Shown here piece by piece: positions 1-9,630 of a stretch of DNA of 64,000 bases; position 1 is the stretch's first letter, and every line of letters starts with the position of its first letter. The stretch covers positions 547,463 to 611,462 of the forward strand of contig JADJDJ010000001.1 in assembly GCA_016702745.1 (NCBI GenBank), read 5' to 3'. The position numbers and the translations under genes are program-made. The stretch comes from Chitinophagaceae bacterium. GTDB lineage: Bacteria; Bacteroidota; Bacteroidia; Chitinophagales; Chitinophagaceae. The notes under the pieces were generated by a model, which was not told the DNA's origin, did no database searches, and was given only the letters and a program-made list of their open reading frames with translations.

Positions 1-1640
1 TTAAAAGTTTTACCATTAATAAAGGGGCCAGCTTTAGCTGGCAAAACAGCCGTGATTATCATGATGTGGACAATGCAGTATTTTTCGATACGCCTTATCC
101 GCCAAGTATACAGATCCGTTTGGTGTTTGATGGTTATACAGATCCCTTTATTATTACCCGTAACCTGAAAATTTATAGCAATAACACATCAGGTAATGCC
201 TATGGTTTCCCGGGGCGGCTTTCCCACCTGAAAGAAGGAGAGTACTGGTATGCCTATGGCGGACATGGAGGCGGAGGTCAGTTCTATGCCTATGATTTTA
301 AAGTGGAAGGTTGGGACAGCAAGGCAAAAAAATGGTCCAACGTATTCCCTGGTAAAGATGGTTCTGCCAATGATCATTACCGGGCTTATGGAAAGGACAT
401 CATTGCCGTAGCAGATGGAAAAGTGCTCGACTTTTCTGATGGCGTGGCAGAAAACAAAGGAAATGCTGGTGGTGGAAGTGGCGGAGGAAACTGGTTCAAG
501 ATCAACAATGGGAAAGAAACGATCTGTTATTACCATATGCAACCAGGTTCGTTGAGCAGTCACTTGAAGAAAAAAGGAGCGAATGTAAAAAAAGGGGAAA
601 AGCTTGGCTTGCTGGGTAATTCAGGTAACTCAAGTGAACCACATGGCCATGTTCACGCCATTATTGATCCGGATGCTGATGGGGAAGGGCAGTGGGTTCC
701 GCTGAATTTTTCAGATATCTATATGATTGATAAAAATGAGCTGAGTGCAGGTCCCGATCCGGATGCCAGCTGGACAAAAGTAGAAAAGAAAGGTCTTCCC
801 TTTCTTCAGGGCCGCCGTTGTATGATCTGGCCTTCTGCCTCCAAACCCTGTTTATACCCAGGTGGTTTGGGTGAAATCGGCAGAAATGCAATCCCTGAAA
901 ATAAATACCAGCAGGAGTTTATGAAAATCTGGAATTGCGGCTATTATCCGGTTTGGGTCGATGCTTATGATGTGGCCGGAAAGACCTATTTCAATACCAT
1001 CTTCAGGTACAATACCGGAAATGTTGAAGTAGCTGTAAAGCATGATATGACCAAAGAAAGCTTCCAGCAGGAGTATCAGCAATGGGTAGGACAAAAAGGT
1101 TATCGCCTGCAGCAACTGGACAATTACAATGATAATGGTAAACTGAAATTTGCCGCCATTTTTATCAAAAAGAACAATCAGCCTGCTTCACAACCTGCCT
1201 ATCATGCACAATCAGCAGAAGAGCACCAGCAGCTGTTTGAGCAATACACCGGACAGGGATATGTTCCGGTCAATGTATCCGTAACATCGGTTGGAGGCAA
1301 GAAGTATTATTCTGCATTTTATGAAAAAAGAAATGTAGGTACAAGCATGCTCAAAAGTTCACTTACACAGCAGCAATACCAGGAACTTTTTGATGAGATG
1401 AAACAGAAAAAGTGGGAACAGGTCTATATCAATGCCTATCACCATGACGGTCAAATCCTGTTTTCAGTTATCTGGTACCAGGATGCAGGTTATAAATCTT
1501 ATACTGCTACCCGCAAATCAGATATAGATGGGTATCAGGAAAAATACACAGAAAGCCTGGCAGACGGATACCTTACCCGTTGTGTTACCGGTTATGAAGA
1601 AGGGGGCAAACATTGGTTTGCGGCTCATTGGTCGAAATAG
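1..1640 (+). CDS. M23 (LytM-type) metallopeptidase with five C-terminal aromatic tandem repeats; the 5' end is probably outside the window
   Basis: The frame is open from nt 3. The only start candidate is GTG at 66 and there is no signal peptide, so the N-terminus likely lies upstream. M23 signature: YYHMQPGS...GEKLGLLGNSGNSSEPHGHVHAI. About five 45-aa repeats end in FNTIFRY, KFAAIF, YYSAFY, LFSVIWY and WFAAHW (BTRD1-like, from memory). Confidence 0.75.
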   Translation, partial: KSFTINKGASFSWQNSRDYHDVDNAVFFDTPYPPSIQIRLVFDGYTDPFIITRNLKIYSNNTSGNAYGFPGRLSHLKEGEYWYAYGGHGGGGQFYAYDFKVEGWDSKAKKWSNVFPGKDGSANDHYRAYGKDIIAVADGKVLDFSDGVAENKGNAGGGSGGGNWFKINNGKETICYYHMQPGSLSSHLKKKGANVKKGEKLGLLGNSGNSSEPHGHVHAIIDPDADGEGQWVPLNFSDIYMIDKNELSAGPDPDASWTKVEKKGLPFLQGRRCMIWPSASKPCLYPGGLGEIGRNAIPENKYQQEFMKIWNCGYYPVWVDAYDVAGKTYFNTIFRYNTGNVEVAVKHDMTKESFQQEYQQWVGQKGYRLQQLDNYNDNGKLKFAAIFIKKNNQPASQPAYHAQSAEEHQQLFEQYTGQGYVPVNVSVTSVGGKKYYSAFYEKRNVGTSMLKSSLTQQQYQELFDEMKQKKWEQVYINAYHHDGQILFSVIWYQDAGYKSYTATRKSDIDGYQEKYTESLADGYLTRCVTGYEEGGKHWFAAHWSK

Positions 1641-1664
1641 CTATAAATCTTCAGCGAAAAAGAA

Positions 1665-2945
1665 CTATGAAACTGCTTTAATCAGGAAATAGTTCTTTTT
1701 CCCTTTTTGTGCCAGTAGATATTGTTCATGTAGTAGATGAGTTGCATCAACTATTAAATCAATCGCTTCCACTTTTTTACGATTGATGCTGATACCGCCG
1801 CCCTGAACCAGTTTACGGGCTTCTCCCTTGCTTGGAGCAATTCCGGTTTCTGCCAGAAAGGAAACGATATCAATGCCGGCACTGAGTTTTTCTTTATTGA
1901 AATCAATCTTCACCACACCTTCCATATTTTCAAGGTCTTCCGCACTTAAACTTTCGGCCGGGGCATGTTGATTGGCAAATAATTTCTCTGTGGTGCGTAT
2001 GGCTTCTTCCAATGCAGGCGCACCATGAACGAACCGGGTTACTTCTTCTGCAAGTCTTTTCTGTAATAAGCGGGCCGAAAGATTCAACTGGTGATTGGCG
2101 GTCAGTTCTTCAATACTGGTTTTATCCAGGAAAGTGAAAATGCGTATCCATTTCTCCGCATCCGAATCACTGGCATTCAGCCAGAACTGATAAAACTGAT
2201 ATGGACTGGTCCGTTGGGAGTCCAGCCAAACGTTCCCGGATTCTGTTTTACCGAATTTACCGCCATCGGCCTTTGTGATCAGCGGATTGGTGAATACAAA
2301 AGCATCTCCACCGCTTTTCCGTCGGATCAGTTCGGTGCCGGTAGTCATATTACCCCATTGATCACTGCCACCCATTTGCAGCTTACAATTCTTATGGGTA
2401 TGCAGCCAGTAAAAATCATAGCCCTGCATCAGTTGATAGGCAAATTCTGTATAACTGATCCCGGTTTCCCCTTCTATTCTTTTCTTCACACTGTCTTTAG
2501 CCATCATATAATTTACCGTGATATGCTTCCCGGCATCCCGCAGAAAATCAATGAAGGAAATAGTTTTGAACCAATCATAATTATTGGCCATTTCTGCAGC
2601 ATTAGGCAATTCAGGATTAAAATCCAGGAACTGCTCCAGTTGGGCTTTCACGCCGGCCACATTTTTTTGAAGGGTCTCTTCACTGAGCAGGTTTCTTTCT
2701 TCGCTTTTACCACTGGGATCACCCACCATGCCGGTGGCACCGCCAACCAGGGCGATCGGTTTATGGCCGGCTTTCTGAAAATGGACCAGGAGCAGGATGG
2801 GCACGAGACTGCCAATATGCAGGCTGTCGGCCGTGGGGTCAAAGCCAATATAGCCCGTAGTCATTTCTTTTTTCAGTTGTTCCTCGGTTCCGGGCATGAT
2901 ATCCTGGATCATCCCTCTCCAGCGGAGTTCTTCGATCAAATTCAT
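1665..2945 (-). CDS. tyrS: Tyrosine--tRNA ligase
   Basis: MNLIEELRWRGMIQD N-terminus, HIGH-type motif (SLHIGSL), KMSKS-type motif (KFGKT) and a C-terminal S4-like domain. I trimmed the start to the ATG at 2945; the 29-codon upstream extension of the ORF track looks non-coding. Confidence 0.95.
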   Translation of the reverse strand: MNLIEELRWRGMIQDIMPGTEEQLKKEMTTGYIGFDPTADSLHIGSLVPILLLVHFQKAGHKPIALVGGATGMVGDPSGKSEERNLLSEETLQKNVAGVKAQLEQFLDFNPELPNAAEMANNYDWFKTISFIDFLRDAGKHITVNYMMAKDSVKKRIEGETGISYTEFAYQLMQGYDFYWLHTHKNCKLQMGGSDQWGNMTTGTELIRRKSGGDAFVFTNPLITKADGGKFGKTESGNVWLDSQRTSPYQFYQFWLNASDSDAEKWIRIFTFLDKTSIEELTANHQLNLSARLLQKRLAEEVTRFVHGAPALEEAIRTTEKLFANQHAPAESLSAEDLENMEGVVKIDFNKEKLSAGIDIVSFLAETGIAPSKGEARKLVQGGGISINRKKVEAIDLIVDATHLLHEQYLLAQKGKKNYFLIKAVS

Positions 2946-3178
2946 TTTAAACCAGTGATTTAGCGCAAAAGTAAGCCAGAAAAATAAAGGGAAAGGGTTC
3001 GGGCAATATTTTTCTAAAGAATTCGTTTTCAATAATTAGCCTTTTTGTCCAATAACCTATGAATTTCGGACCTTAAGGACTAATTTTATATGTCCGTTGC
3101 CGGTTTAAAACCCGGAACAGGGACATCCCGTACTTATGAAAGCGATCCGATTTTAAACGCTTATCGAAAATTGTCCGA

Positions 3179-4291
3179 ATGAAACCAACCACCCTCTGTT
3201 TGTCATTATTGACAATCCTCTTTTCCGTTAGTGCTACTGCACAATTCAGAAAGTATTCCAATGAATTTTTAAATATTGGGGCTGGTGCCCGTGGATTGGC
3301 CATGGGAGGAGCCCAGGTGGCATCTGTACAGGATGGCACAGCCGGCTACTGGAATCCAGCCGGTCTCACTGGTGTAAAAAACAATCCGCAGGTAAACCTG
3401 ATGCATGCCGAGTATTTTGCAGGTATCGGTAAGTATGATTATGTGGGTGTGGCTTTTCCTACCGCGAATAATAAACGTACCATTGGGATCACCGGTTTAC
3501 GTTTTGCAGTGGATGATATCATGAATACCCTTTTCCTGGTAGAACCTGACGGAACGATTAACTACAATAATATCCAGGCATTTTCATCAGCCGATTATGC
3601 CTTTATCTTTTCCTTCGCCCAGAAACTAAAGGAGTCTGAAAAAAAGAATATCAATTTTGGATTAAATGCCAAAGTGATTCACCGCAGCGTCGGAAAATTT
3701 GCAAAAGCCTGGGGTTTTGGTTTGGATGCAGGATTGCAAATACAGGCTAAGAACTGGCGTTTTGGTGTATCTGCCAGGGACATTACTACCACCTTCAATG
3801 CCTGGTCTTTTAGTTTTACCGAAAGAGAAAAAGAAGTACTCTACCTGACTAAAAATGATATTCCTGTTAAATCAACAGAACTGACAGCTCCCAGGTTGAT
3901 CCTGGGTATTGGTCATGAGTTCAATCTGGGTAAGAGTTCCAGCCTGTTGATAGAAGGAAATCTTGATCTCACTTTTGACGGACAAAGAAATACAGTGATC
4001 AGTACCTCTGGTTTTAGCGGGGATCCCAAATTAGGGCTTGAGCTCAATATCAAAAATGTATTCAGGATCCGGGGAGGTATTACCAATTTCCAACAGGCAT
4101 TATCCGATGGCGATACCCTGAATCAGAAAAAAGTCTGGATTTATCAGCCCTGTGCAGGAGCCGGGTTTAAAATCGGAAATGTTACAATCGATTATGCATA
4201 TAATAATCTTGCTAATCAATCCAACCCCTTATATACCCATGTGTTCTCGCTGAAACTGGATATGGTAAAAGCGAAAAAAGAAAACGACTAA
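3179..4291 (+). CDS. PorV/PorQ-family T9SS outer-membrane beta-barrel protein (putative)
   Basis: Signal peptide ending SATAQ. N-terminal motif FLNIGAGARGLAMGGAQVASVQDGTAGYWNPAGL resembles the PorV/PorQ signature. About 370 aa with beta-strand-like alternation, located directly upstream of the porU-like gene. Confidence 0.6.
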   Translation: MKPTTLCLSLLTILFSVSATAQFRKYSNEFLNIGAGARGLAMGGAQVASVQDGTAGYWNPAGLTGVKNNPQVNLMHAEYFAGIGKYDYVGVAFPTANNKRTIGITGLRFAVDDIMNTLFLVEPDGTINYNNIQAFSSADYAFIFSFAQKLKESEKKNINFGLNAKVIHRSVGKFAKAWGFGLDAGLQIQAKNWRFGVSARDITTTFNAWSFSFTEREKEVLYLTKNDIPVKSTELTAPRLILGIGHEFNLGKSSSLLIEGNLDLTFDGQRNTVISTSGFSGDPKLGLELNIKNVFRIRGGITNFQQALSDGDTLNQKKVWIYQPCAGAGFKIGNVTIDYAYNNLANQSNPLYTHVFSLKLDMVKAKKEND

Positions 4292-4321
4292 AACTTCTGT
4301 ACGCAATCTAAACTGCCTCAC

Positions 4322-7300
4322 ATGAAACGAATTATCCTCTTCTTCTTATTCATATCAGGCCTGCAGGCCGGAGCCCAATCCTTCAATAATGAATGGATTG
4401 ATTACAGCAAGACCTATTATAAATTCAGGATTGGGGCTACTGGTTTGTACCGGATCAACCAACCGGTTCTGGCCGGCGCTGGATTAGGCGCTGTACCTGC
4501 CGAGCAGTTCCAGCTCTGGCGTAACGGACAGCAAATTCCCTTGTTTACCTCCGTGCAAACCGGTCCTTTGGGAGGCGCAGATTATATTGAGTTCTGGGGT
4601 GAAATGAATGACAGCAAACCCGATAAAGACCTTTACCGGATTGCCGATCACCAGTTGAATGATAAATGGAGTATGGAAACAGATACCGCCTGTTTCTTTT
4701 TAACCGTGAATCCCGGTGCCGGTAACCTTCGGTTGTTGCCAACAACGAACTCACTACCCAGCGCCCTGACACCCGAGCCCTTTTTTATGCATAATGCCGG
4801 TAAATATTATAAAGAGAAATACCATCTTGGATATGCAGCGATCGTAGGCGATTATGTGTTTTCTTCCAGTTATGAAAACGGGGAAGGGTTTACATCCAAT
4901 GATTTAACAGCAAACCTTACCAGGACAGAAAACTTCACCAATCTTTTTCCCTATACCGGTGCGGGGGCCCCTTCAGCTGCCATTAAAATCAATGCAGCCG
5001 GCTATGCACTGAATCCAAGGAATTTTGAAGTAAAAGTGAATGGGACAGTGATTGCCACCCAAACAATGGATTTCTTTGATTATGTAAAAGTGAATTTCCC
5101 GGTAGCCATTTCTACTATCAGCAGTGGCAGCGCCCAGGTTGACATTAAGAACCTGAATACCATCCCCGACCGGATGGTGATCGCCCAAACTGAATTGATT
5201 TATCCCCGTCAGTTTAATTTTGGTGGGGCTAATAATTTCTTTTTTGAATTACCTGCGAATGCGGCAGGCAATTATCTGGAAATAACCGGGTTCAATTTCG
5301 GGTCTGTTAGTCCTGTCTTATATGATCTGACCAATGGAAAGCGCTATGTAGCAGACATCAGTGCTGCACCAATGGTTAAAATTGCTTTACAACCGTCTGC
5401 TACTGTGCGTAAACTAATACTGGTTTCTCAGGAGTCGGCATACCCGGTTGCCATCACAACTTTACAACAACGTAATTTTATTAATTATGCCCTTCCGGCC
5501 AATCGGGGAAATTATCTGATTATTTCTCACCCAAACTTTTTGGCAGGCAGTAACCCTGTTCAGGAATATGCCGATTACCGGTCTTCTGCTGTTGGTGGAA
5601 GTTATACCAGTAAAATCTATATGATTGATCAGTTGATTGATCAGTTCAGTTTCGGGATCAAACAACACCCGCTCTCAGTTCGTAATTTCATAAGATGGGC
5701 AAGGGCTAATTTTGGTCAACCCATAAAAGATGTATTTCTTATTGGAAAAGGGCTTCATTACCTCCATAATAATTTCTACCAGACAAATCCCGATATCAAC
5801 AGGTTATCCTTTATACCCACCTTCGGCTATCCGGCATCGGATAACCTGCTGGCGGCTGATCCGGGACTGGATGTAACACCGAAAGTAAATATTGGTCGTC
5901 TTTCCGTAATCAATCCGGAAGAAGTAAAGATTTACCTGGAAAAAGTGAAGCAATATGAAGCGAACCTGGCCTTTCGTTCTCCATTAATTGCAGATAAAGC
6001 CTGGCAAAAAAATGTAGTACAGGTAGTAGGGGCTGGTGATGGTACCCTGGGTACGATCCTCACCAATGCCATGAATGGTTTTGGTGATATAATCAAAGAC
6101 ACAGCCTATGGTGCCAATATTCATCAGTTTACAAAAGTTTCAACAGCTCCGGTAGAGCAATTGAATGCTGCCAGATTATATAATTTGTTCGAAGAAGGGA
6201 TCGGGATGCTTACCTATTTTGGTCACTCTTCGGCAAGTACGCTGGAGTTTAACCTGGATAATCCCAGCGGTTATAGTAATCAGGGGAAATATCCACTGTT
6301 TATATTGCTAGGTTGTAATGCCGGTAACTTTTATAATTTCAACCTGGCCCGTCTGAGCACCAAGGAAACAATTTCAGAAAGATTTGTGCTGGCTGATCAG
6401 CGGGGTAGTATTGCCGCCCTGGCCAGCACCCACCTGGGTATTGTACATTACCTGGATATTTATAATTCTAAAATGATGACCGCGACTTCCGTTGACAAAT
6501 ACGGTCAGTCCATGGGGGATATCATGCGGGATGCAGTAGCACAGGTGTACAACCTCACCACACAAAATGACTATTATGCCCGTTTCCATTGCGAACAAAC
6601 CACTTTACATGGTGACCCGGCTTTGAAAATGGCTATATCCGGCGATCAGCCTGATTATGTGATCGAAGATCCTATGGTGGAAATCAATCCATCCTTTATT
6701 TCTGTAGCCGAAAATTCATTTACGATCAAGGCTAAATTCATGAACCTGAACAAGGCAGTGAGTACCCCGATCGTGATTGAAATGAAAAGAACCTTCCCGG
6801 ATCTCAGTACCGAAATCCGCAGGGATACAATTCCCGGTATTCGTTATCTGGATTCTCTGACCTATACGATTCCGATTGTGGCTTCCCGCGATAAAGGACA
6901 ACACCGGGTTAGTTTTTGTATAGATGCAGATAATAAAGTAGCGGAGATCTATGAAACCAATAACTGTATCACGAAGGACTTTTTCATTTATGAAGATGAA
7001 ATCAGACCAATCTATCCATATAACTATGGTATCGTAAACCGGCAGGGTATTAAATTCCAGGCTTCTTCAGCAAATCCCTTTTCGGGTAGCCGCCTGTACC
7101 GGATGGAACTGGACACGACCCAACTATTCAATTCTCCGTTTAAGCGTTCACAGGATATAACATCCATCGGAGGTATTGTGGAATTCAATCCTGCAGTTAC
7201 TTTCACTGACAGTACGGTTTATTACTGGAGGGTGGCACCGATACCGCAAACAGGTTCGCCTAACTGGAATAAAGCTTCTTTTGTTTACCTGCCAGGTCCT

Positions 7301-9340
7301 GAAACCGGATTCAATCAGTCCCATTATTACCAGCATAAAGAGTCGTCACTGAACCGTATGCAACTGATATCCCAGAACAGAGAGTGGGTTTACGATTCTG
7401 TTCCCCATTTCATATTTGCCAAGAATGGTGTATTTGGTACGGCAGCCACCCAGGAAGGTGACCTGATTGTAGCTCCTGATGGATCTGCCTATATGCGAAG
7501 TGCCTGTGTGGGCTTTTCTCTGATCTTTAATATTCTTGATCCGAAAAGCTTCACTCCCACCACCAATCCCAGCAGTTATATGGGAAGTGCCGCAGTATGT
7601 GCAGCTTCCCGCTTATGGAATTTTGAATGGTCGCACCTGAATGCTACAGAAAGAAAGAAAATGATGGACTTCATGGATTCAATTCCCGCCGGCAAAATTG
7701 TTGTTGTCAGAAATATCCTGAACTCCGGATTGGCCAGCGGATTTGTCAATGAATGGATGAATGATACCCTGCTCTATGGTTCAGGAAATTCACTTTATCA
7801 TAAACTGAAAGCAGTGGGCATGAATGTGCTGGATTCTTTCAACTCGCCCAAGGCCATGATCTTTGCCTACCAGAAAGGTAATCCCAATTTTAATCCGCAG
7901 GGAGTGGTTTCAGCCGGTATTTATGACCTGGTTACATTAAATATTAATCTAAAAACACCGGATTCTATCGGTTACGTTACTTCTGCATTGTATGGAAGGG
8001 CCAAGGCCTGGAAGAACCTGAATTGGAGAGGATCAGCTGACCTGCCAACCGATACAGCAACCGTGGATGTGATCGGAGTGATGAACGATGCCACAGAACA
8101 TGTATTATTCAGCGGGCTGACCACCGCCCAGCAGGATGTTGATATCTCTTCGATCAACGCCATAGATTATCCTTTCCTGAAATTGAAATTGTATACCAAG
8201 GATAAAAGTAATTATACGCCTTACCAGTTAAGATACTGGAGAGTCACTTATGACCCCGTTCCGGAAGGAGCCATTGCGCCCAACCTTTTTGTGAGCCTGA
8301 AAGATTCAGTGGATGTGGGTGAACCGGTTGACTTCAGGGTGGCATTTAAAAATATCAGTGATGTGCCCTTTGATAGTATTAAACTGAAGATGGTAATCAC
8401 CAATCGAAATAACGTGCCTTACCAGATTCCGCTGCCCAAATCAAGGCCATTGCCCGTGAATGATACGATTCGTTTTGGATCAGTGATCAATACCACGGCC
8501 TTCCCGGGATTGAATTTTGTATATGTGGAAGCCAATCCGGATAATGATCAACCGGAACAATATCACTTCAATAATTTTGCATTCCGTAACCTCTATGTAA
8601 AACCAGATAGCCTGAATCCTTTGCTGGATGTGACTTTCGATGGTGCACATATCCTGAACAGGGATATCGTTTCAGCCAAACCGGATATCCTGGTGAAACT
8701 GAAAGATGAGGCCAAATGGATGATACTCGATGATACATCGTTGGTGACACTGCAAATCAGGTATCCTAATGGCAGCCTCCGCAGGGTTTACTTTAATAAC
8801 GATACCCTCCGGTTTACACCGGCAGGTCAGGCTCCGAACCCTGATAATACGGCTTCTATGCAGTACCGGCCTTACTTCCCGGTTGACGGAGAATATGAAC
8901 TGATCATCAGTGCTAAGGATCGCAGTGCCAATCAGGCAGGTAATATTGAATACAGAGTTGCATTCCAGGTGATCAACAAGCCAATGATCTCCAATATGCT
9001 CAACTACCCGAATCCGTTTACAACTTCCACCGCCTTTGTATTCACGATTACCGGATCAGAAGTGCCACAAAATCTCAAGATCGAGATCATGACGATAACC
9101 GGTAAGATTGTAAGGGAAATCACCAAGGATGAACTGGGCCCCCTGAATATCGGTCGCAATATCACCGAATTCAAATGGGATGGTACCGATCAGTTTGGCC
9201 AGAAACTCGCAAACGGAGTGTACCTGTATAGGGTTGTCACCAACCTGAACGGAAAATCGCTGGATAAATACAAGGCGGAAGGAGATAACACTGATAAGTA
9301 TTTTAATAAGGGCTATGGTAAGATGTACCTGATGAGATAA
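4322..9340 (+). CDS. porU: Type IX secretion sortase PorU-like C25 (gingipain-family) cysteine peptidase, 1672 aa
   Basis: Signal peptide. N-terminal NEWIDYSKTYYKFRIGATGLYRI is typical of PorU. C25 His/Cys dyad context: YFGHSSAS (His codon 6224-6226) and FILLGCNAGNF (Cys codon 6314-6316). The C-terminal FlgD-Ig/CTD-like segment is NYPNPFTT...NGVYLYRVV. Confidence 0.8.
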   Translation: MKRIILFFLFISGLQAGAQSFNNEWIDYSKTYYKFRIGATGLYRINQPVLAGAGLGAVPAEQFQLWRNGQQIPLFTSVQTGPLGGADYIEFWGEMNDSKPDKDLYRIADHQLNDKWSMETDTACFFLTVNPGAGNLRLLPTTNSLPSALTPEPFFMHNAGKYYKEKYHLGYAAIVGDYVFSSSYENGEGFTSNDLTANLTRTENFTNLFPYTGAGAPSAAIKINAAGYALNPRNFEVKVNGTVIATQTMDFFDYVKVNFPVAISTISSGSAQVDIKNLNTIPDRMVIAQTELIYPRQFNFGGANNFFFELPANAAGNYLEITGFNFGSVSPVLYDLTNGKRYVADISAAPMVKIALQPSATVRKLILVSQESAYPVAITTLQQRNFINYALPANRGNYLIISHPNFLAGSNPVQEYADYRSSAVGGSYTSKIYMIDQLIDQFSFGIKQHPLSVRNFIRWARANFGQPIKDVFLIGKGLHYLHNNFYQTNPDINRLSFIPTFGYPASDNLLAADPGLDVTPKVNIGRLSVINPEEVKIYLEKVKQYEANLAFRSPLIADKAWQKNVVQVVGAGDGTLGTILTNAMNGFGDIIKDTAYGANIHQFTKVSTAPVEQLNAARLYNLFEEGIGMLTYFGHSSASTLEFNLDNPSGYSNQGKYPLFILLGCNAGNFYNFNLARLSTKETISERFVLADQRGSIAALASTHLGIVHYLDIYNSKMMTATSVDKYGQSMGDIMRDAVAQVYNLTTQNDYYARFHCEQTTLHGDPALKMAISGDQPDYVIEDPMVEINPSFISVAENSFTIKAKFMNLNKAVSTPIVIEMKRTFPDLSTEIRRDTIPGIRYLDSLTYTIPIVASRDKGQHRVSFCIDADNKVAEIYETNNCITKDFFIYEDEIRPIYPYNYGIVNRQGIKFQASSANPFSGSRLYRMELDTTQLFNSPFKRSQDITSIGGIVEFNPAVTFTDSTVYYWRVAPIPQTGSPNWNKASFVYLPGPETGFNQSHYYQHKESSLNRMQLISQNREWVYDSVPHFIFAKNGVFGTAATQEGDLIVAPDGSAYMRSACVGFSLIFNILDPKSFTPTTNPSSYMGSAAVCAASRLWNFEWSHLNATERKKMMDFMDSIPAGKIVVVRNILNSGLASGFVNEWMNDTLLYGSGNSLYHKLKAVGMNVLDSFNSPKAMIFAYQKGNPNFNPQGVVSAGIYDLVTLNINLKTPDSIGYVTSALYGRAKAWKNLNWRGSADLPTDTATVDVIGVMNDATEHVLFSGLTTAQQDVDISSINAIDYPFLKLKLYTKDKSNYTPYQLRYWRVTYDPVPEGAIAPNLFVSLKDSVDVGEPVDFRVAFKNISDVPFDSIKLKMVITNRNNVPYQIPLPKSRPLPVNDTIRFGSVINTTAFPGLNFVYVEANPDNDQPEQYHFNNFAFRNLYVKPDSLNPLLDVTFDGAHILNRDIVSAKPDILVKLKDEAKWMILDDTSLVTLQIRYPNGSLRRVYFNNDTLRFTPAGQAPNPDNTASMQYRPYFPVDGEYELIISAKDRSANQAGNIEYRVAFQVINKPMISNMLNYPNPFTTSTAFVFTITGSEVPQNLKIEIMTITGKIVREITKDELGPLNIGRNITEFKWDGTDQFGQKLANGVYLYRVVTNLNGKSLDKYKAEGDNTDKYFNKGYGKMYLMR

Positions 9341-9345
9341 TTAAA

Positions 9346-9373
9346 AAGAACCAAATAGCAAGAACCAAATAAA
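9346..9373. repeat. Periodic tract AAGAACC-AAATAGC-AAGAACC-AAATAAA, left arm of an inverted pair with 9557-9618
   Basis: A 14-nt unit occurs twice, directly after the porU stop. CAAATAAATTAAAAA here is the reverse complement of TTTTTAATTTATTTG at about 9591-9604. Confidence 0.6.
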
Positions 9374-9385
9374 TTAAAAATTAAA

Positions 9386-9417
9386 AGGCCGCTGCGGAAT
9401 GCAGTGGCCTTTTTTAT
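9386..9417 (+). terminator. Rho-independent terminator after porU
   Basis: AGGCCGCTGC-GGAAT-GCAGTGGCCT forms a 10-bp stem with one G-U pair, followed by TTTTTTATT. Confidence 0.7.
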
Positions 9418-9531
9418 TGGAACAAGCCCGGGGATTGGAAACCGTTTACTGAATTTGTTATTTGATGGCAGGGTTGTATAAACGATTTTTGAATGTTTCT
9501 GATTTAGTAAACCCGGCAATTCCGGCTTTCC

Positions 9532-9539
9532 TATTTTTG
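9532..9539 (+). promoter_or_regulatory. Putative Bacteroidota -7 promoter box (TAttTTTG) for the hscA-like gene
   Basis: Exact TAnnTTTG match about 92 nt upstream of the ATG at 9631. Confidence 0.35.
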
Positions 9540-9556
9540 CTTTTTAGAGCGGGCAC

Positions 9557-9618
9557 TTTTTTGTTTCTTGTTATTTGTTTCTTTTTGGTTTTTTAATTTA
9601 TTTGTTTCTTGTTTCTTG
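9557..9618. repeat. TTTCTTG-type heptamer tract (reverse complement of the GAAACAA family)
   Basis: TTTTTTG TTTCTTG TTATTTG TTTCTTT ... TTATTTG TTTCTTG TTTCTTG, ending 12 nt before the hscA-like ATG. Same family as 57311-57371 and 57492-57519. Confidence 0.65.
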
Positions 9619-9630
9619 ATATTTTTTATA

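Noticed and set aside
2091-2963. Long antisense ORFs opposite well-supported genes: 2091-2963 versus tyrS, 9598-10425 versus the hscA-like gene, 13630-14289 versus the radical SAM gene, 19361-20242 versus tuf, 23601-24263 versus rplA, 46534-47778 versus the oxidoreductase, and 50346-50909 and 51146-51736 versus accA and dapA.
   Set aside because: These are shadow ORFs on the strand opposite highly conserved genes. Their translations are low-complexity or show no recognisable motif, while the sense-strand products are unambiguous.
1665-3032. N-terminal extensions given by the ORF track for tyrS (to 3032), the hscA-like gene (9568), tuf (19223), rplA (23484), skp (35165), cmk (57503), the cargo gene (58487) and the GIY-YIG gene (49509).
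   Set aside because: In each case a downstream ATG gives the canonical conserved N-terminus. The extension runs through repeats, hairpins or promoter-like sequence, often starting from a non-ATG codon.
3033-3178. Possible T-box or other riboswitch in the tyrS/PorV-like divergent intergenic region.
   Set aside because: Only a simple nested hairpin (ATGTCC...CCGGTTTAAAACCCGG...GGACAT) is visible. There is no specifier or T-box sequence, and T-box leaders are not expected in this phylum.
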